Shown here: positions 37,920 through 48,094 of the stretch, piece by piece | Position numbering within the stretch: the stretch's first letter is position 1 | Layout: each line of letters starts with the position of its first letter | Source: Nitrospirales bacterium | GTDB lineage: Bacteria; Nitrospirota; Nitrospiria; Nitrospirales; UBA8639 | DNA length: 64,000 bases | Reading direction: 5' to 3' | Assembly: GCA_965203295.1 (NCBI GenBank) | Contig: CBDBCZ010000019.1 | Coordinates: forward strand, 896,001-960,000 | Notes under the pieces: model-generated | What the model saw: the letters and a program-made list of their open reading frames with translations, nothing else | Database searches by the model: none | Told to the model about the DNA's origin: nothing | Made by a program: the position numbers and the translations under genes

Positions 37920-39596
37920 TTATCCGCTAGCTGAGGCACGGTCCCGGACAGTCTGGGCACGAACCTTTTGTTTATTGAGAACCCGCTGCTTGTGAAATTC
38001 AAACACCGCTGGGAGGACCGATGTCGAAATGTGCAGCCGCCGGTCGATGAGTTCGAACAGCCGATTGATGACCCATACCGGTGGGGTTGCGATAACCGCC
38101 ACAAAGCGGGAAACAGAGCGTAAAGGTTTGAGGGAGGATAATTTCTTGGGGATGTAGAATAGAACAGGAAGGATTCCGGTTTTTTCTACCCACGTATACT
38201 TCGCCAACGTTTCAAGGCAGTGGCATGCAAAGTAGAGAGGGTCAAGGAACAGTCCTCGGTGTCGGTATATTTTCAAGAGCGATAAGGCGAGCCTGAAAGG
38301 TGTTCGTTGGCCAAACTTGATCATTTTTTTGATCTGGTTCAGCTCTTCACCCTTGATCCGCTCCATCCCCGGTTTCTCGATCCCGGTCTTCTGGTCGTGG
38401 ATGAGGCGGTGAATGTCAGACCCTTCCGGCACCCTTAGCCGATTTGTCACAAGGGTGTCGACGTCCCATCGGCGGCCAAACTCAAGGAATTCCATCATAT
38501 CTTCTTTGGTCTCACCAGGTGAGCCAAGGAGGAAGTTACACACGAGGAGGATGTTCGTCTCATTCATCATCTTCATCGCCTGCTCGGTGACCTCGTTTGT
38601 CTGTCCTTTGCCGTAGAACCGAAGGGTTTCATCCTTAAGAGATTCCACACCAAAAGCCAGTGCGAGGAAGCCGGCCCGTTCGAGCTTCTTGAGGACTGAG
38701 ACATCGCTCTTGAGAACATGATCGACGCGGCCTGTGCCGATGAAGAGTTTTGGGACGTTATGCTCTATGAGCAGGTCAGCAAGCCCGTCTAGAGCTTGCA
38801 TATCCGTGGTCATGTCATCGTCGACCCAGAGGACGATTGGTGCCTTAATCTCGGAGAGTTCCTGGAACTGACTTTGCGGGGACCGGCCCTGCCATCGCAG
38901 GAAATTCCCCTCGGTGCCTTTTCCGTACTGGTAGCAAAATCGGCAACGGTAGTTGCATCCTATGCCTGCACGGACGAGGTCGACTGGTATGCCGAATAGC
39001 TCATATTTGTAATTTGGGTTGCGGAGGGCTCTCTTTGGGAAGACGTCGTCGGAGAGTTTGGGTATGGCGCTTGGATTACGGACAAATTCATTTCCGCACC
39101 GGTATACCAGGTTGTTGACTGTCTCTGGGGAGCCGGATTCAAGCAGTTCCCGGATAGGGGTGTCAGGCATGCCACGAATGACCACATCGATTTTGGGGTA
39201 CGCTTTGAGGGTTTCTTCCGGGTTTGAGAAACCGGTTCCACCCGCGACGATGGAAGTGTCCTCGGGAACCTGATCGAGTACCTCGGAAATCACATGGATA
39301 CTCCACTTTCCAAAGATAGAGCAATCCTCGAAAAATCCGTATAAGCACACCAGATCAGCATTCTGGATATGTTCCTCGATATCCGTCTCAAAACGCATAT
39401 CAAGAAGGGTTGCGTTCCTTCCGGCTGCAGCAATCCCGGCCTGGAGGTATTCGGCTGCGATGGGGGGGAGGTTAAATTGTGGGTTAATGTTCGTGAAGGG
39501 GTAAACGATCAGAACGTTTTGGATGTCTGTCTTCTTTTTATTCACATATGTGATATTACCATATGTGACACCAGCCATCGCTATATTTTGGGGCAT
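37920..39596 (-). CDS. B12-binding-domain radical SAM enzyme
   Basis: N-terminal LIVYP...PPIAAEYL...LLDM...IVAGG; CNYRCRFC; VDDD, FGVES, LGSPGET. Confidence 0.85.
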   Translation of the reverse strand: MPQNIAMAGVTYGNITYVNKKKTDIQNVLIVYPFTNINPQFNLPPIAAEYLQAGIAAAGRNATLLDMRFETDIEEHIQNADLVCLYGFFEDCSIFGKWSIHVISEVLDQVPEDTSIVAGGTGFSNPEETLKAYPKIDVVIRGMPDTPIRELLESGSPETVNNLVYRCGNEFVRNPSAIPKLSDDVFPKRALRNPNYKYELFGIPVDLVRAGIGCNYRCRFCYQYGKGTEGNFLRWQGRSPQSQFQELSEIKAPIVLWVDDDMTTDMQALDGLADLLIEHNVPKLFIGTGRVDHVLKSDVSVLKKLERAGFLALAFGVESLKDETLRFYGKGQTNEVTEQAMKMMNETNILLVCNFLLGSPGETKEDMMEFLEFGRRWDVDTLVTNRLRVPEGSDIHRLIHDQKTGIEKPGMERIKGEELNQIKKMIKFGQRTPFRLALSLLKIYRHRGLFLDPLYFACHCLETLAKYTWVEKTGILPVLFYIPKKLSSLKPLRSVSRFVAVIATPPVWVINRLFELIDRRLHISTSVLPAVFEFHKQRVLNKQKVRAQTVRDRASASG

Positions 39597-39862
39597 AGAT
39601 TCAAACTCTCAATTCTCTCGGGATTTGTCGATCGGCCAGCAGCTTGTCGTATGGTATTTTTACAGAAGGCGACTGAAAACTGCAAGGAAGATTTGACCTA
39701 AGGGGTCATTGGGACCTATTGACGAAGTCTTCATGGATCCTCAAGCCTATAGGAGTGTAGGGCTTCCTGTCTTGTCATGCCAGCAGTAGTTAGGGGCATC
39801 CAGGATTATCAAGAGAGATGGATCCCTGCCAAAGGTTTTAAAAAATCTGTCCTCTTTTTTTG

Positions 39863-40055
39863 TTCCGCTTTGCGCGTGGCTGAGTCATAGCGCCGAATCC
39901 GACAATTCGGTGAGGACTGTCTGAGCGGAGCGAGTTCCGCAGCCATGGGATTCGGTGCTGTGACGAAGGAGACCCCCAGGGCCGCGCGCGGGCGGGAATG
40001 GTTTTGGGTCCTTTTGCCGAAACAAAAGGACCTCGACTACCGGGGCGAAACTCGG
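39863..40055 (+). repeat. GC-rich multi-stem element (MITE-like repeat or structured ncRNA)
   Basis: 17-bp stem 39884-39900/39948-39964 with two G.U pairs, outer stem, perfect hairpin GGTCCTTTTG-ccgaaa-CAAAAGGACC. Confidence 0.6.
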
Positions 40056-40216
40056 CGAAGCGGAGCTGTGAACTAAAAACTCGGATCTTTAAAGTTTAAA
40101 CCGAAACCTTAAACTCCTATCTTTAAACTCGAAACTCCCTTAACCAGATACTGTCTGAAAGATTAAATCCAGGTTTTTAAACCTGATTCTCGTTTTTAGA
40201 CGTTTAAATTTGGCAT

Positions 40217-40408
40217 CTAAAATTCCTCCTCACATTTCTTGCAAAACAGTTCATCACCAAGGTGTTGATCTCGTCCCGTTTGGGTTATGACCCAGGGGCT
40301 TTCGCTCCATGGTGGGTTGTGTCGGACGTGTTGGCCATGTCCACACTCAAGGTTGGCCACCCAATCTCCTTCCTCATCCGTATGAAAGCCAATGATCTGT
40401 CGAATCAT
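40217..40408 (-). CDS. DUF3565-like small protein
   Basis: IIGFHTDEEGDWVA.LECGHGQHVRHNPPW...CKKC. Confidence 0.8.
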   Translation of the reverse strand: MIRQIIGFHTDEEGDWVANLECGHGQHVRHNPPWSESPWVITQTGRDQHLGDELFCKKCEEEF

Positions 40409-40453
40409 AATGCAGAGCGTATTCTCCGAATGTGATTTGGAAAAAGTGGCCAA

Positions 40454-41263
40454 TCAAGAATGAGATGGCGACTTGGCATCCATCCAATCACGTAACCAAT
40501 CACCCCAAAGGTTGATGGCTAAGACAACCGCCATAAGGGCGACCCCTGGTACCAGGACCATATGGGGGGCAACAAGCATGTATCGGGTCCCTTCTCGGAT
40601 CATGCTTCCCCACGAGGAAGTAGGAGGTTGGATCCCCAACCCTAAAAAAGACAAACTGGCTTCAGCGATGATCGTGCCTGCAAGGCCGAAGCTCGCTTCC
40701 ACTATAAGGGGAGCGCTGATTAATGGAAATAGATGAAAGGTCATGATCCTCATGGGCGTAGACCCAACGGCCACTGCACTCACAACATGATCTTGTTCCT
40801 TGACGGACAATGTTTGGGCTCGAGCCAGTCTGGCATAGCCGACCCATCCCACAGAGGCCAAGGCAATCACGATATTGTCAAACCCAGGTCCCATGACCCC
40901 TGCGAGTGCAATGGCAAGGAGGATTCCAGGAAAAGCCAAGAAAATGTCAATGACTCTCGTCAGCACATGATCTACGACTCCCCCCCAATACCCGGCAAAA
41001 ACCCCCAGACCACTTCCTAAGACAAATGAGATCGTGACGACAGAAACGGCTATAAAGAACGAGTGATGGGCTCCGATGATCAGGCGATCCAAAATCGGTC
41101 GTCCTAAATCGTCGTGCCCAAGCCATGCCTCTGTTTCATGCCATACTAAAATAGTTTCTAAATGTATGGCGTTGGGTGTTAATGCGAGATAGGGTCCTAT
41201 GAGGGCACTGGTGCCCCAAAGAACAATCACCATCAAGGGACCCCAGAATCGCAAGAGCTTCAT
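40454..41263 (-). CDS. Peptide/nickel ABC permease (DppC/NikC-like)
   Basis: LGHDDLGR, DIFLAFPGILLA, EASLSFLGLG; ATG overlaps upstream TGA. Confidence 0.92.
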   Translation of the reverse strand: MKLLRFWGPLMVIVLWGTSALIGPYLALTPNAIHLETILVWHETEAWLGHDDLGRPILDRLIIGAHHSFFIAVSVVTISFVLGSGLGVFAGYWGGVVDHVLTRVIDIFLAFPGILLAIALAGVMGPGFDNIVIALASVGWVGYARLARAQTLSVKEQDHVVSAVAVGSTPMRIMTFHLFPLISAPLIVEASFGLAGTIIAEASLSFLGLGIQPPTSSWGSMIREGTRYMLVAPHMVLVPGVALMAVVLAINLWGDWLRDWMDAKSPSHS

Positions 41264-42195
41264 TCCTCTTCCTTTCCTAGTCGAATCCGTGGATCGATCC
41301 AAACGTACAACATGTCGGTCATGAGATTGACGACGACGTAGGAGAGACTGATCAACAACACGGTTGCCTGAACAACAGGATAGTCTCGGCGCTGAATGGC
41401 TTCCACGACCAAAGAACCTATGCCAGGCCAAGAAAAAATGGTTTCCGTGATGACGGCCCCGCTCAGCAATGCTCCAAGTTGCAATCCCAACAAGGTCATG
41501 ACAGGCAAGAGAGCATTCCATAAACCATGTCGAAGGATCACTTTCCATTCGGATAGCCCTTTTGATCGAGCGGTTCGCATAAAGTCTTCAGAAATAACTT
41601 CCAGGAGCGTGCTGCGCACTAAGCGTGACAAGATGGCAGCCATGGCTGATCCTAAGGTGAGCACGGGTAATACCAGGGATGCCATGCCTTCTCTGCCACT
41701 GACGGGGAACCATCCCAACCAGATGGATCCTGCCAGAATTAACAGAGGACCCATACAAAAATTGGGGATAGACACGCCCAGCAGGGAACATCCGGTGACT
41801 CCAAAATCAATGGGTGAATTCCGATAAACTGCTGCCAAGGTGCCTAATGGAAGGGCTAACCCAAGTGCCACGATAAAGGCGGCCATTCCTAATTCCAGGG
41901 TAGCTGGGAATCGATCAAGCAGGATTCCGCTAATGGGTCTCCCGGAAAAAATCGAGGTACCCAAGTCCAATGTGAGTAGATTGCTATAATAGTGAAACAA
42001 TTGTTGGTGAAGCGGAAGGTGGAGTCCCAAAGTCTGGCGCAGAGCTTCCTTATCGGCTGGTTGCGCGAATTCACCGAGCATGACTTCTACCGGATCTCCA
42101 GGGATCAAATGGATAAGGAGGAACACCAAGCAGGAGACCCCCAAAACGACCACGGCGGCAGAAAGGAGGCGGGGGAGAAGGTAGTGGGTCTTCAA
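41260..42195 (-). CDS. Peptide/nickel ABC permease (DppB/NikB-like)
   Basis: LIPGDP, DFMRTARSKGL, ETIFSWPG, RDYPVVQ, DPRIR. Confidence 0.92.
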   Translation of the reverse strand: MKTHYLLPRLLSAAVVVLGVSCLVFLLIHLIPGDPVEVMLGEFAQPADKEALRQTLGLHLPLHQQLFHYYSNLLTLDLGTSIFSGRPISGILLDRFPATLELGMAAFIVALGLALPLGTLAAVYRNSPIDFGVTGCSLLGVSIPNFCMGPLLILAGSIWLGWFPVSGREGMASLVLPVLTLGSAMAAILSRLVRSTLLEVISEDFMRTARSKGLSEWKVILRHGLWNALLPVMTLLGLQLGALLSGAVITETIFSWPGIGSLVVEAIQRRDYPVVQATVLLISLSYVVVNLMTDMLYVWIDPRIRLGKEEE

Positions 42196-42210
42196 GATGG
42201 CGTGGATCCT

Positions 42211-43737
42211 TCAGTTATGCGTGTTCCAATGAATGTGGCGGAGACCGTCATAATTCCCATCAATGGCGATGGTGTACCCATGCAGGTCGGGATGTGCCAC
42301 AAACACGTGATCTTCGTACCAAAGGGGAACATAGGGAACCTGCTCCAACAAGTAGGCTTGTAGGTCTCGATAGACATCGCGTTTCTCCGTGAGATCAAGC
42401 GTCGATTCCGCCTTTTCAATCAGGCGGTCTGCTGTCGAATCGAGGAATCGCCCACGGTTGGCTCCATGTGGAGGGATGGAGCGACTGTGAAAAATATATG
42501 AAAAAATATCTGGGGTGTGAATTCCTACCCATGACAGACTATACATTTGAAATCGTCCTGCCTTGATGTCTTCATAAAACGTCCCCCAATCATAACTTTC
42601 CAGATTGACGTTGAGACCGACCTGTGACAATTGGTGTTGCACAATGGTGGCAAGACGAATTCGGAATGGATCACTGGATATTTTATACGAAAGGGAAATT
42701 CTAGGGAGGTGATTCAATCCGGCTTTGGTTAACAATGATCGAGCTTTTTGGGGGTTATAAGAATAAGAAGGAAGAGTGGGATGTCCTGCCCAATGAGTCG
42801 GTAGAAGAAGGGCATTTGCCGTCTGGCCTGCTCCTCCCAATACGTGTTGAATGATGGCTTTTCGGTCAATGGCTTGAGCGATAGCCTGGCGAACTTCGAT
42901 TCGTTGGGTGAGGGGATCTTGTAGGTTGAAACCTAAATAGACAAAGTTCGATCCCCGGCCACGATGAATTCGAGCACGTGAATCATGGTCAAGAAATTCA
43001 ACCAATTCTGGTGGAAGGTCATTTTGCATCATCTGCACTTCGCCGGCCAACAACTTTAATACCCTGACCGTCGGATCTGGGACATGGACAAATTCAAACA
43101 GTTGACGATCGGCAATCCTTACTAAACGAAGTCGAGTGTCGTCGAGCCATGTTTGAAACGAAAAAGGTCCACTGCCAACGGGATGGGAATGGAAAGGATG
43201 TTTTTTAAAAACAAGTCTGGCTGGGAGGATGCCGATAACCAAATAACCGGGGAACAGAGGTTCTGGCCTAGACAAAAAGAAGTCGATCGTGTCTGCAGTC
43301 GGGGTTTCAATAGATCGGATCATGGTCAATGCACTGCTATGGGGAGAACCATGCAGAGGGTCAAGGATGAATTCGTACGTGGTTTTGATGTCTTGTGAGG
43401 TCAAACGGCTGCCATCATGGAATTCCCGACTGTGATCTCGCAAATAGAAACGATAGTGAGTGGGAGTCAATTGCTCCCACGCGGCCAAGGCTGGGATCGG
43501 CTGAAAGGTATCGTCAAAGTCGACCAATCTTTCATAGAGTAAGCGATTGATCCTCGCAGAAGTCGCATCGGTGGCAAATCGTGGATCCAAATTGATGGGA
43601 GCTGCAGCCACAGCAAATCGGAGGATATCCGATGGTTGTTCTGTACAACCACCACATGCGACAAGAAGACAGACAAAGAGAAAACCCAGCCATCTCACCA
43701 CTCGTACCTTCCCCTTGGTTAACAGTGCATCCATCAA
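42211..43737 (-). CDS. Family-5 ABC substrate-binding lipoprotein
   Basis: Lipobox-like LVAC, NLDP, FHDG, PVGSGPF, VRQAIAQAIDR. Confidence 0.92.
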   Translation of the reverse strand: MMDALLTKGKVRVVRWLGFLFVCLLVACGGCTEQPSDILRFAVAAAPINLDPRFATDATSARINRLLYERLVDFDDTFQPIPALAAWEQLTPTHYRFYLRDHSREFHDGSRLTSQDIKTTYEFILDPLHGSPHSSALTMIRSIETPTADTIDFFLSRPEPLFPGYLVIGILPARLVFKKHPFHSHPVGSGPFSFQTWLDDTRLRLVRIADRQLFEFVHVPDPTVRVLKLLAGEVQMMQNDLPPELVEFLDHDSRARIHRGRGSNFVYLGFNLQDPLTQRIEVRQAIAQAIDRKAIIQHVLGGAGQTANALLLPTHWAGHPTLPSYSYNPQKARSLLTKAGLNHLPRISLSYKISSDPFRIRLATIVQHQLSQVGLNVNLESYDWGTFYEDIKAGRFQMYSLSWVGIHTPDIFSYIFHSRSIPPHGANRGRFLDSTADRLIEKAESTLDLTEKRDVYRDLQAYLLEQVPYVPLWYEDHVFVAHPDLHGYTIAIDGNYDGLRHIHWNTHN

Positions 43738-43859
43738 TAAAGAAGTTGAAGAAGACTCACTTAGTCCTTAATAATAAAGGCAAACAAACAGGAAGACCAC
43801 AGAAGATTTGCTCAATATAATCTCTTGTTTGTTTCCCTAAAATAAACTCTCTGACCTTT

Positions 43860-45311
43860 ATGAAAACCATCACGGCTTTAGATCTTTACAACCTCACCAA
43901 GTGTCACCATCGAGTGTATTTGGATGCCAATGGAAATCCCAATGAGCGTGCAGAGGTCGGTGCCTTTGTCAAGCTGCTCTGGGAGCTTGGCCTTCAAACT
44001 GAACAGGAATATATTGCTTCCTTAGGGGATATGATGGTGGCCGATCTTCAGGTGTTCACACCTGAGGTGGCGTTTCAAGAGACCCTTCGTTTGATGAAAG
44101 AGGGCGCGTCCCTCATCTACCAGGGTTGCCTGATAAGCGAATGCTTTGTGGGACGACCAGATTTGTTGGTGAAACGAGACGACGGACGGTCTACTTTTGG
44201 AGACTATTTGTATGAGCCCATTGATATCAAGGCGGGGAAAGGATGGGAAGAATCCGAAGGAAGGAAACCACGGTTTAAGGAGCATTATGCCTTTCAAATG
44301 TTGTTTTACCGGATTCTCTTGGAAAGAATCCAAGGCGTGGTTCCCGTGACCGCTCGAATTATCAATGTCCAGAAGGAAATGGAAGAATTTGACCCGGCAG
44401 TGTTCCAGGCACGCTTTCAGGAGGCATTGGATCTGGCCCAGGGCCTGATCAGTGGTGAACAACAGTCAGAACCCATCCTTGGTAGTCATTGTCTCCTCTG
44501 TGGATGGTTTTCTCGATGCCAGCAATGGGTGAAAGACCATGATGACCCCACCGGTTTGTTTTTTGTCGGGAAACAGAAGTTTGAATTGCGAAAGGTCGGT
44601 CTGAAAACTATCCATGACATTGCAGGAATGACCGTAGGTGAATTTCTCAACTCACCAAAGAAAATTCCTCGAATGGGCGAAAAATCACTGCGCAGGATGA
44701 AGCAGCGCGCAGAAGTGGTTTTGAGCGGACAACCTCTGATTCGGAATGGATATTCCTTCCCCAATGTGAACCGTGAGGTGTTCTTTGACATTGAGGACGA
44801 TCCCACACAAGGCCTCACATACCTTTTTGGGATGATTATCAAGCCACGTGGCGGTGAGGAACGATTTCACTATTTTGTGGCTCGACACCCCGAAGAAGAA
44901 GAGCAAACGGTCAAAGCCTTCTGGAACTTTTTAGCGGAGGCCGAGGATGATGTGTACTATGTGTATTCTCATAAAGAGCGATCCACGTTGAAGCACCTTA
45001 TGGAGCGATATGAGTTAGACAAAAAAGTATTCGACCGTTACGTTGAACAAGAGTATGATCTCTATTCAAAGCTCATTGTTGAGTACTCCGATTGGCCGAC
45101 CTTTTCCTATAGTATCAAGCACATCGCCAAGCTCATTGGATTTCGCTGGCGCGACACGGATCCTTCCGGGGCCAATTCGATAGCATGGTATAACACGTAT
45201 TTGGCTGATCCATCTCGTGAAGAATTGCTCAGCCGGATTCTAAACTATAATGAGGATGATTGCCGTGCCATGATTGCCATAAAGAATTATTTTTTGGAAC
45301 ATGCTCAATGA
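43860..45311 (+). CDS. TM0106-family RecB-like nuclease with RNase H-like C-terminal domain
   Basis: GRPDLL...IDIK PD-(D/E)xK motif, CLLCGWFSRC, FFDIED, YSIKHIA, YNEDDC. Confidence 0.85.
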   Translation: MKTITALDLYNLTKCHHRVYLDANGNPNERAEVGAFVKLLWELGLQTEQEYIASLGDMMVADLQVFTPEVAFQETLRLMKEGASLIYQGCLISECFVGRPDLLVKRDDGRSTFGDYLYEPIDIKAGKGWEESEGRKPRFKEHYAFQMLFYRILLERIQGVVPVTARIINVQKEMEEFDPAVFQARFQEALDLAQGLISGEQQSEPILGSHCLLCGWFSRCQQWVKDHDDPTGLFFVGKQKFELRKVGLKTIHDIAGMTVGEFLNSPKKIPRMGEKSLRRMKQRAEVVLSGQPLIRNGYSFPNVNREVFFDIEDDPTQGLTYLFGMIIKPRGGEERFHYFVARHPEEEEQTVKAFWNFLAEAEDDVYYVYSHKERSTLKHLMERYELDKKVFDRYVEQEYDLYSKLIVEYSDWPTFSYSIKHIAKLIGFRWRDTDPSGANSIAWYNTYLADPSREELLSRILNYNEDDCRAMIAIKNYFLEHAQ

Positions 45312-45378
45312 CGAACAGACAGAAACATGAATCGTTCAAATGAAATGTTGATGAAAGAAGATGGGGAGAATGGATTAA

Positions 45379-46068
45379 ATGTCACAGAAAGTCTTGATTG
45401 TTGATGATGAGCAGGCTCTGGTCGATTTAGTGAAGTACCACCTTGAAAAAGAAAGATTGGAATGTAGTACGGCCAATGATGGGGAAACGGCTCTTGGTCT
45501 TGCCCGTTCTCAAAAGCCAGACCTGCTGATACTCGACCTCATGCTGCCTGGAGTCGACGGGTTGGAAATTTGCCGAATGCTTCGTCGTGATCCGGGGACT
45601 GCGAAAATCGCCATCATTATGCTCACAGCGAAAGCGGAAGAAGTGGATCGGGTTGTCGGGTTAGAAATGGGTGCCGATGATTATGTCGTGAAACCGTTTA
45701 GCCCAAGAGAGCTGGTGGCCCGGGTTAAAGCCGTGTTACGTCGGGGAAAGGAGCTCGTTTCTGATGACATTCGATGGGTTGGGAACCTGGAAGTGGATGA
45801 AGCCAAACATCAAGTTCGTGTCAATCGGAATCCGATAGATTTAACTGTCAAGGAGTTTGACCTTCTTTGCGCGTTAGTGAATGCCAGTGGGCGCGTCTTG
45901 AACCGTGAACAGATTTTAGAAAGCGTATGGGGATATGCGAATGCTATCGATATTGAGTCCAGGACCGTGGATGTGCATATACGGCGACTTCGAGAAAAAC
46001 TTGGCTCCGAACATAAACGCATCGTGACGATCAAAGGTGTCGGATATCGATTTGAGTCTGAAAGGTGA
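45379..46068 (+). CDS. phoB: OmpR-family response regulator, PhoB-like
   Basis: LDLMLP, GADDYVVKPFS, RTVDVHIRRLREKL; heads the phosphate cluster. Confidence 0.85.
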   Translation: MSQKVLIVDDEQALVDLVKYHLEKERLECSTANDGETALGLARSQKPDLLILDLMLPGVDGLEICRMLRRDPGTAKIAIIMLTAKAEEVDRVVGLEMGADDYVVKPFSPRELVARVKAVLRRGKELVSDDIRWVGNLEVDEAKHQVRVNRNPIDLTVKEFDLLCALVNASGRVLNREQILESVWGYANAIDIESRTVDVHIRRLREKLGSEHKRIVTIKGVGYRFESER

Positions 46069-47480
46069 AGTGCATGGCTGTTAACGACAAGATGAACATC
46101 AGGCTGATGGCCCGTGTGGGCATTTTTCTTGTGGTGATGATGGTTTTGGGTATGGGCGTGATGGCGGCTCTTCAAGGATTAAACCCAAGTCAGAACCTAT
46201 TTATCGCAGGGATTGTGTTGGCTCTCCTCGCATCTCTCCTTTTGGCGATTTGGTTGGCGAATTGGGTGATTCGCCCTGTGGTGGAGATTGAATCGGCCGT
46301 GAAACACATTGCTGAGAGTTGGTATGCTGGTGTTGTGCCCCTTAGTGGATGGAATAGGTCGGCAGCTCTTGGGCGAATTCTGAATCAACTCGCTTCTCAA
46401 TCTCGTGACCGGATTCAAGCCCTGGAAGGAGAACGAGCGAAGGTGGCCGTGATTCTTGATAGCATGGTGGAGGGAGTCATTGCCTTAGATCCTCAAGGTC
46501 GCATTCTACTCATGAATCCCAGCGCCCACCGAATTTTTGACCTTAAACAGCAATGGGTAGAAGGGCAATTCCTTCTCGAAGTTATTCGGCATCGGGGTCT
46601 GGCTGAAATGGTGGAGCAATGTCAATCATTCATCGCTGGCGAGCTGTGCCGCCGTGAAGTAGAAATAAACATGCCTGTCACTCGAGTTTTGGAAGTGCAT
46701 GGTATGCCCCTGCCGTTTACTGCTCAGACGTGGGGAATTCTCCTCGTCCTCCATGACATTACTGAACTTCGCCGGTTGGAGCGCGTGAGAGCCGAGTTTG
46801 TGGCAAATGTCTCACATGAGTTACGGACCCCTCTGACAGCCATTAAGGGATATTTGGAAACATTGTTGGACGAAGCTCCCCAAGAACCAAGGACGCACCG
46901 ACGGTTTCTAGAGGTTGCCAATTCTCACGCAGAACGCTTGGGGAGGCTATTGAATGACCTGCTCAATCTATCGGACATTGAAACGGGCAAGGTTGTTCTT
47001 GATTTGAGAATGGTCAATTTGACTGAACTGATCAATGAGGTATCGTCAATTTTTGAGAAAGACGCCAAGAAGAAAGGTGTCCTTTTGCTCAACAAGGTGT
47101 CTCCTCAACTGGAGGTCCTTGCTGATCGAGATCGGTTGTCTCAGATTCTGGTGAATTTAATAGACAATGCGGTGAAGTATACACCTGAAGGTGGGCAAAT
47201 TATGTTTGAATCTGAGTCTCTAACAGATGGGCAAACTGCGGTGTACGTGAAAGACACGGGCCCGGGGATTCCATCCACAGATTTGCCTAGACTGACCGAA
47301 CGCTTTTACCGTGTCGATAAAGCCCGATCACGGGATGAGGGAGGGACAGGATTAGGATTGGCCATTGTCAAGCATCTTGTTCAACTACATGGGGGTTCGC
47401 TTCGCATCGACAGCGAGGTAGGTAAAGGGACCACCATTCAATTTATCCTCCCATCTTCCCTCCTGACTCATTCTCTTTAG
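46065..47480 (+). CDS. phoR: Sensor kinase, PhoR-like
   Basis: Two TM segments, PAS-like MVEGVI, FVANVSHELRTPL, ERFYRVDKARSR, GGTGLGL. Confidence 0.88.
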   Translation: MKCMAVNDKMNIRLMARVGIFLVVMMVLGMGVMAALQGLNPSQNLFIAGIVLALLASLLLAIWLANWVIRPVVEIESAVKHIAESWYAGVVPLSGWNRSAALGRILNQLASQSRDRIQALEGERAKVAVILDSMVEGVIALDPQGRILLMNPSAHRIFDLKQQWVEGQFLLEVIRHRGLAEMVEQCQSFIAGELCRREVEINMPVTRVLEVHGMPLPFTAQTWGILLVLHDITELRRLERVRAEFVANVSHELRTPLTAIKGYLETLLDEAPQEPRTHRRFLEVANSHAERLGRLLNDLLNLSDIETGKVVLDLRMVNLTELINEVSSIFEKDAKKKGVLLLNKVSPQLEVLADRDRLSQILVNLIDNAVKYTPEGGQIMFESESLTDGQTAVYVKDTGPGIPSTDLPRLTERFYRVDKARSRDEGGTGLGLAIVKHLVQLHGGSLRIDSEVGKGTTIQFILPSSLLTHSL

Positions 47481-47567
47481 TTCCTTTCCATCCGTTCATT
47501 AATATCTCATCCTTAACGTTCTCACTTGCTTTCGCGCTCGCCGCTGAAGCTCCGGCGCGCAAGCGGC

Positions 47568-47640
47568 AGGAAGCCACGGCTGCCTGGCCTTTGTAGCCTA
47601 AGCTACTACGGCGGAGTAGGCTGAATCCGTGGCGCTCCAC
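47568..47640. repeat. Nested palindromic element
   Basis: GCCACGG (47573) / CCGTGGC (47627) arms enclosing hairpin GTAGC-ctaa-GCTAC; GC-rich island in intergenic DNA. Confidence 0.55.
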
Positions 47641-48094
47641 AAACAGAAATTCGCCCTTAAAGTCTTTCTCTGTAAACTTTACACGGTTGTTACTTGGAGA
47701 AAACGAACGTGCAATATTGTCCTGGTACGTTCGAACTATGAAGAGTCAACGGAATGGGCGATCAGGACGATTTCCTTGGACAATTTCTTTCCGTGAAAAT
47801 ATCAGACAGCCCGAAAATGGCAAACCGAATAAACGAATTCAACAAAAAGTGCTTAAAGTTTTACCCATAGAGGTCGCACTTCAAGTCGACGAACTTGTTG
47901 AACGATTACCAGATATCAAGTGAAACGATGTCTTTCACGAGATAAAAATTCTCAGAGAGAAAGGGAAAGTCGGCCTGAAGGTTTGTGGGTGGAATTTTGA
48001 AATATGGTCCATTCCCCCAAAACGGCGAAGTCTCTCTTCCATGATGAAGCAGGAAAACTATCGATAAGCCCGAGTCTCGGGAAGATTTCGAGAG

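Noticed and set aside
39600..40060. Cobalamin riboswitch upstream of the B12 radical SAM
   Set aside because: No B12-box recognised, and the G.U pairing favours the strand opposite to the gene
47687..47923. Small ORF between phoR and pstS with weak Pho-like repeats at 47678-47695
   Set aside because: No motif or clear RBS and only two poor half-sites, so it cannot be supported
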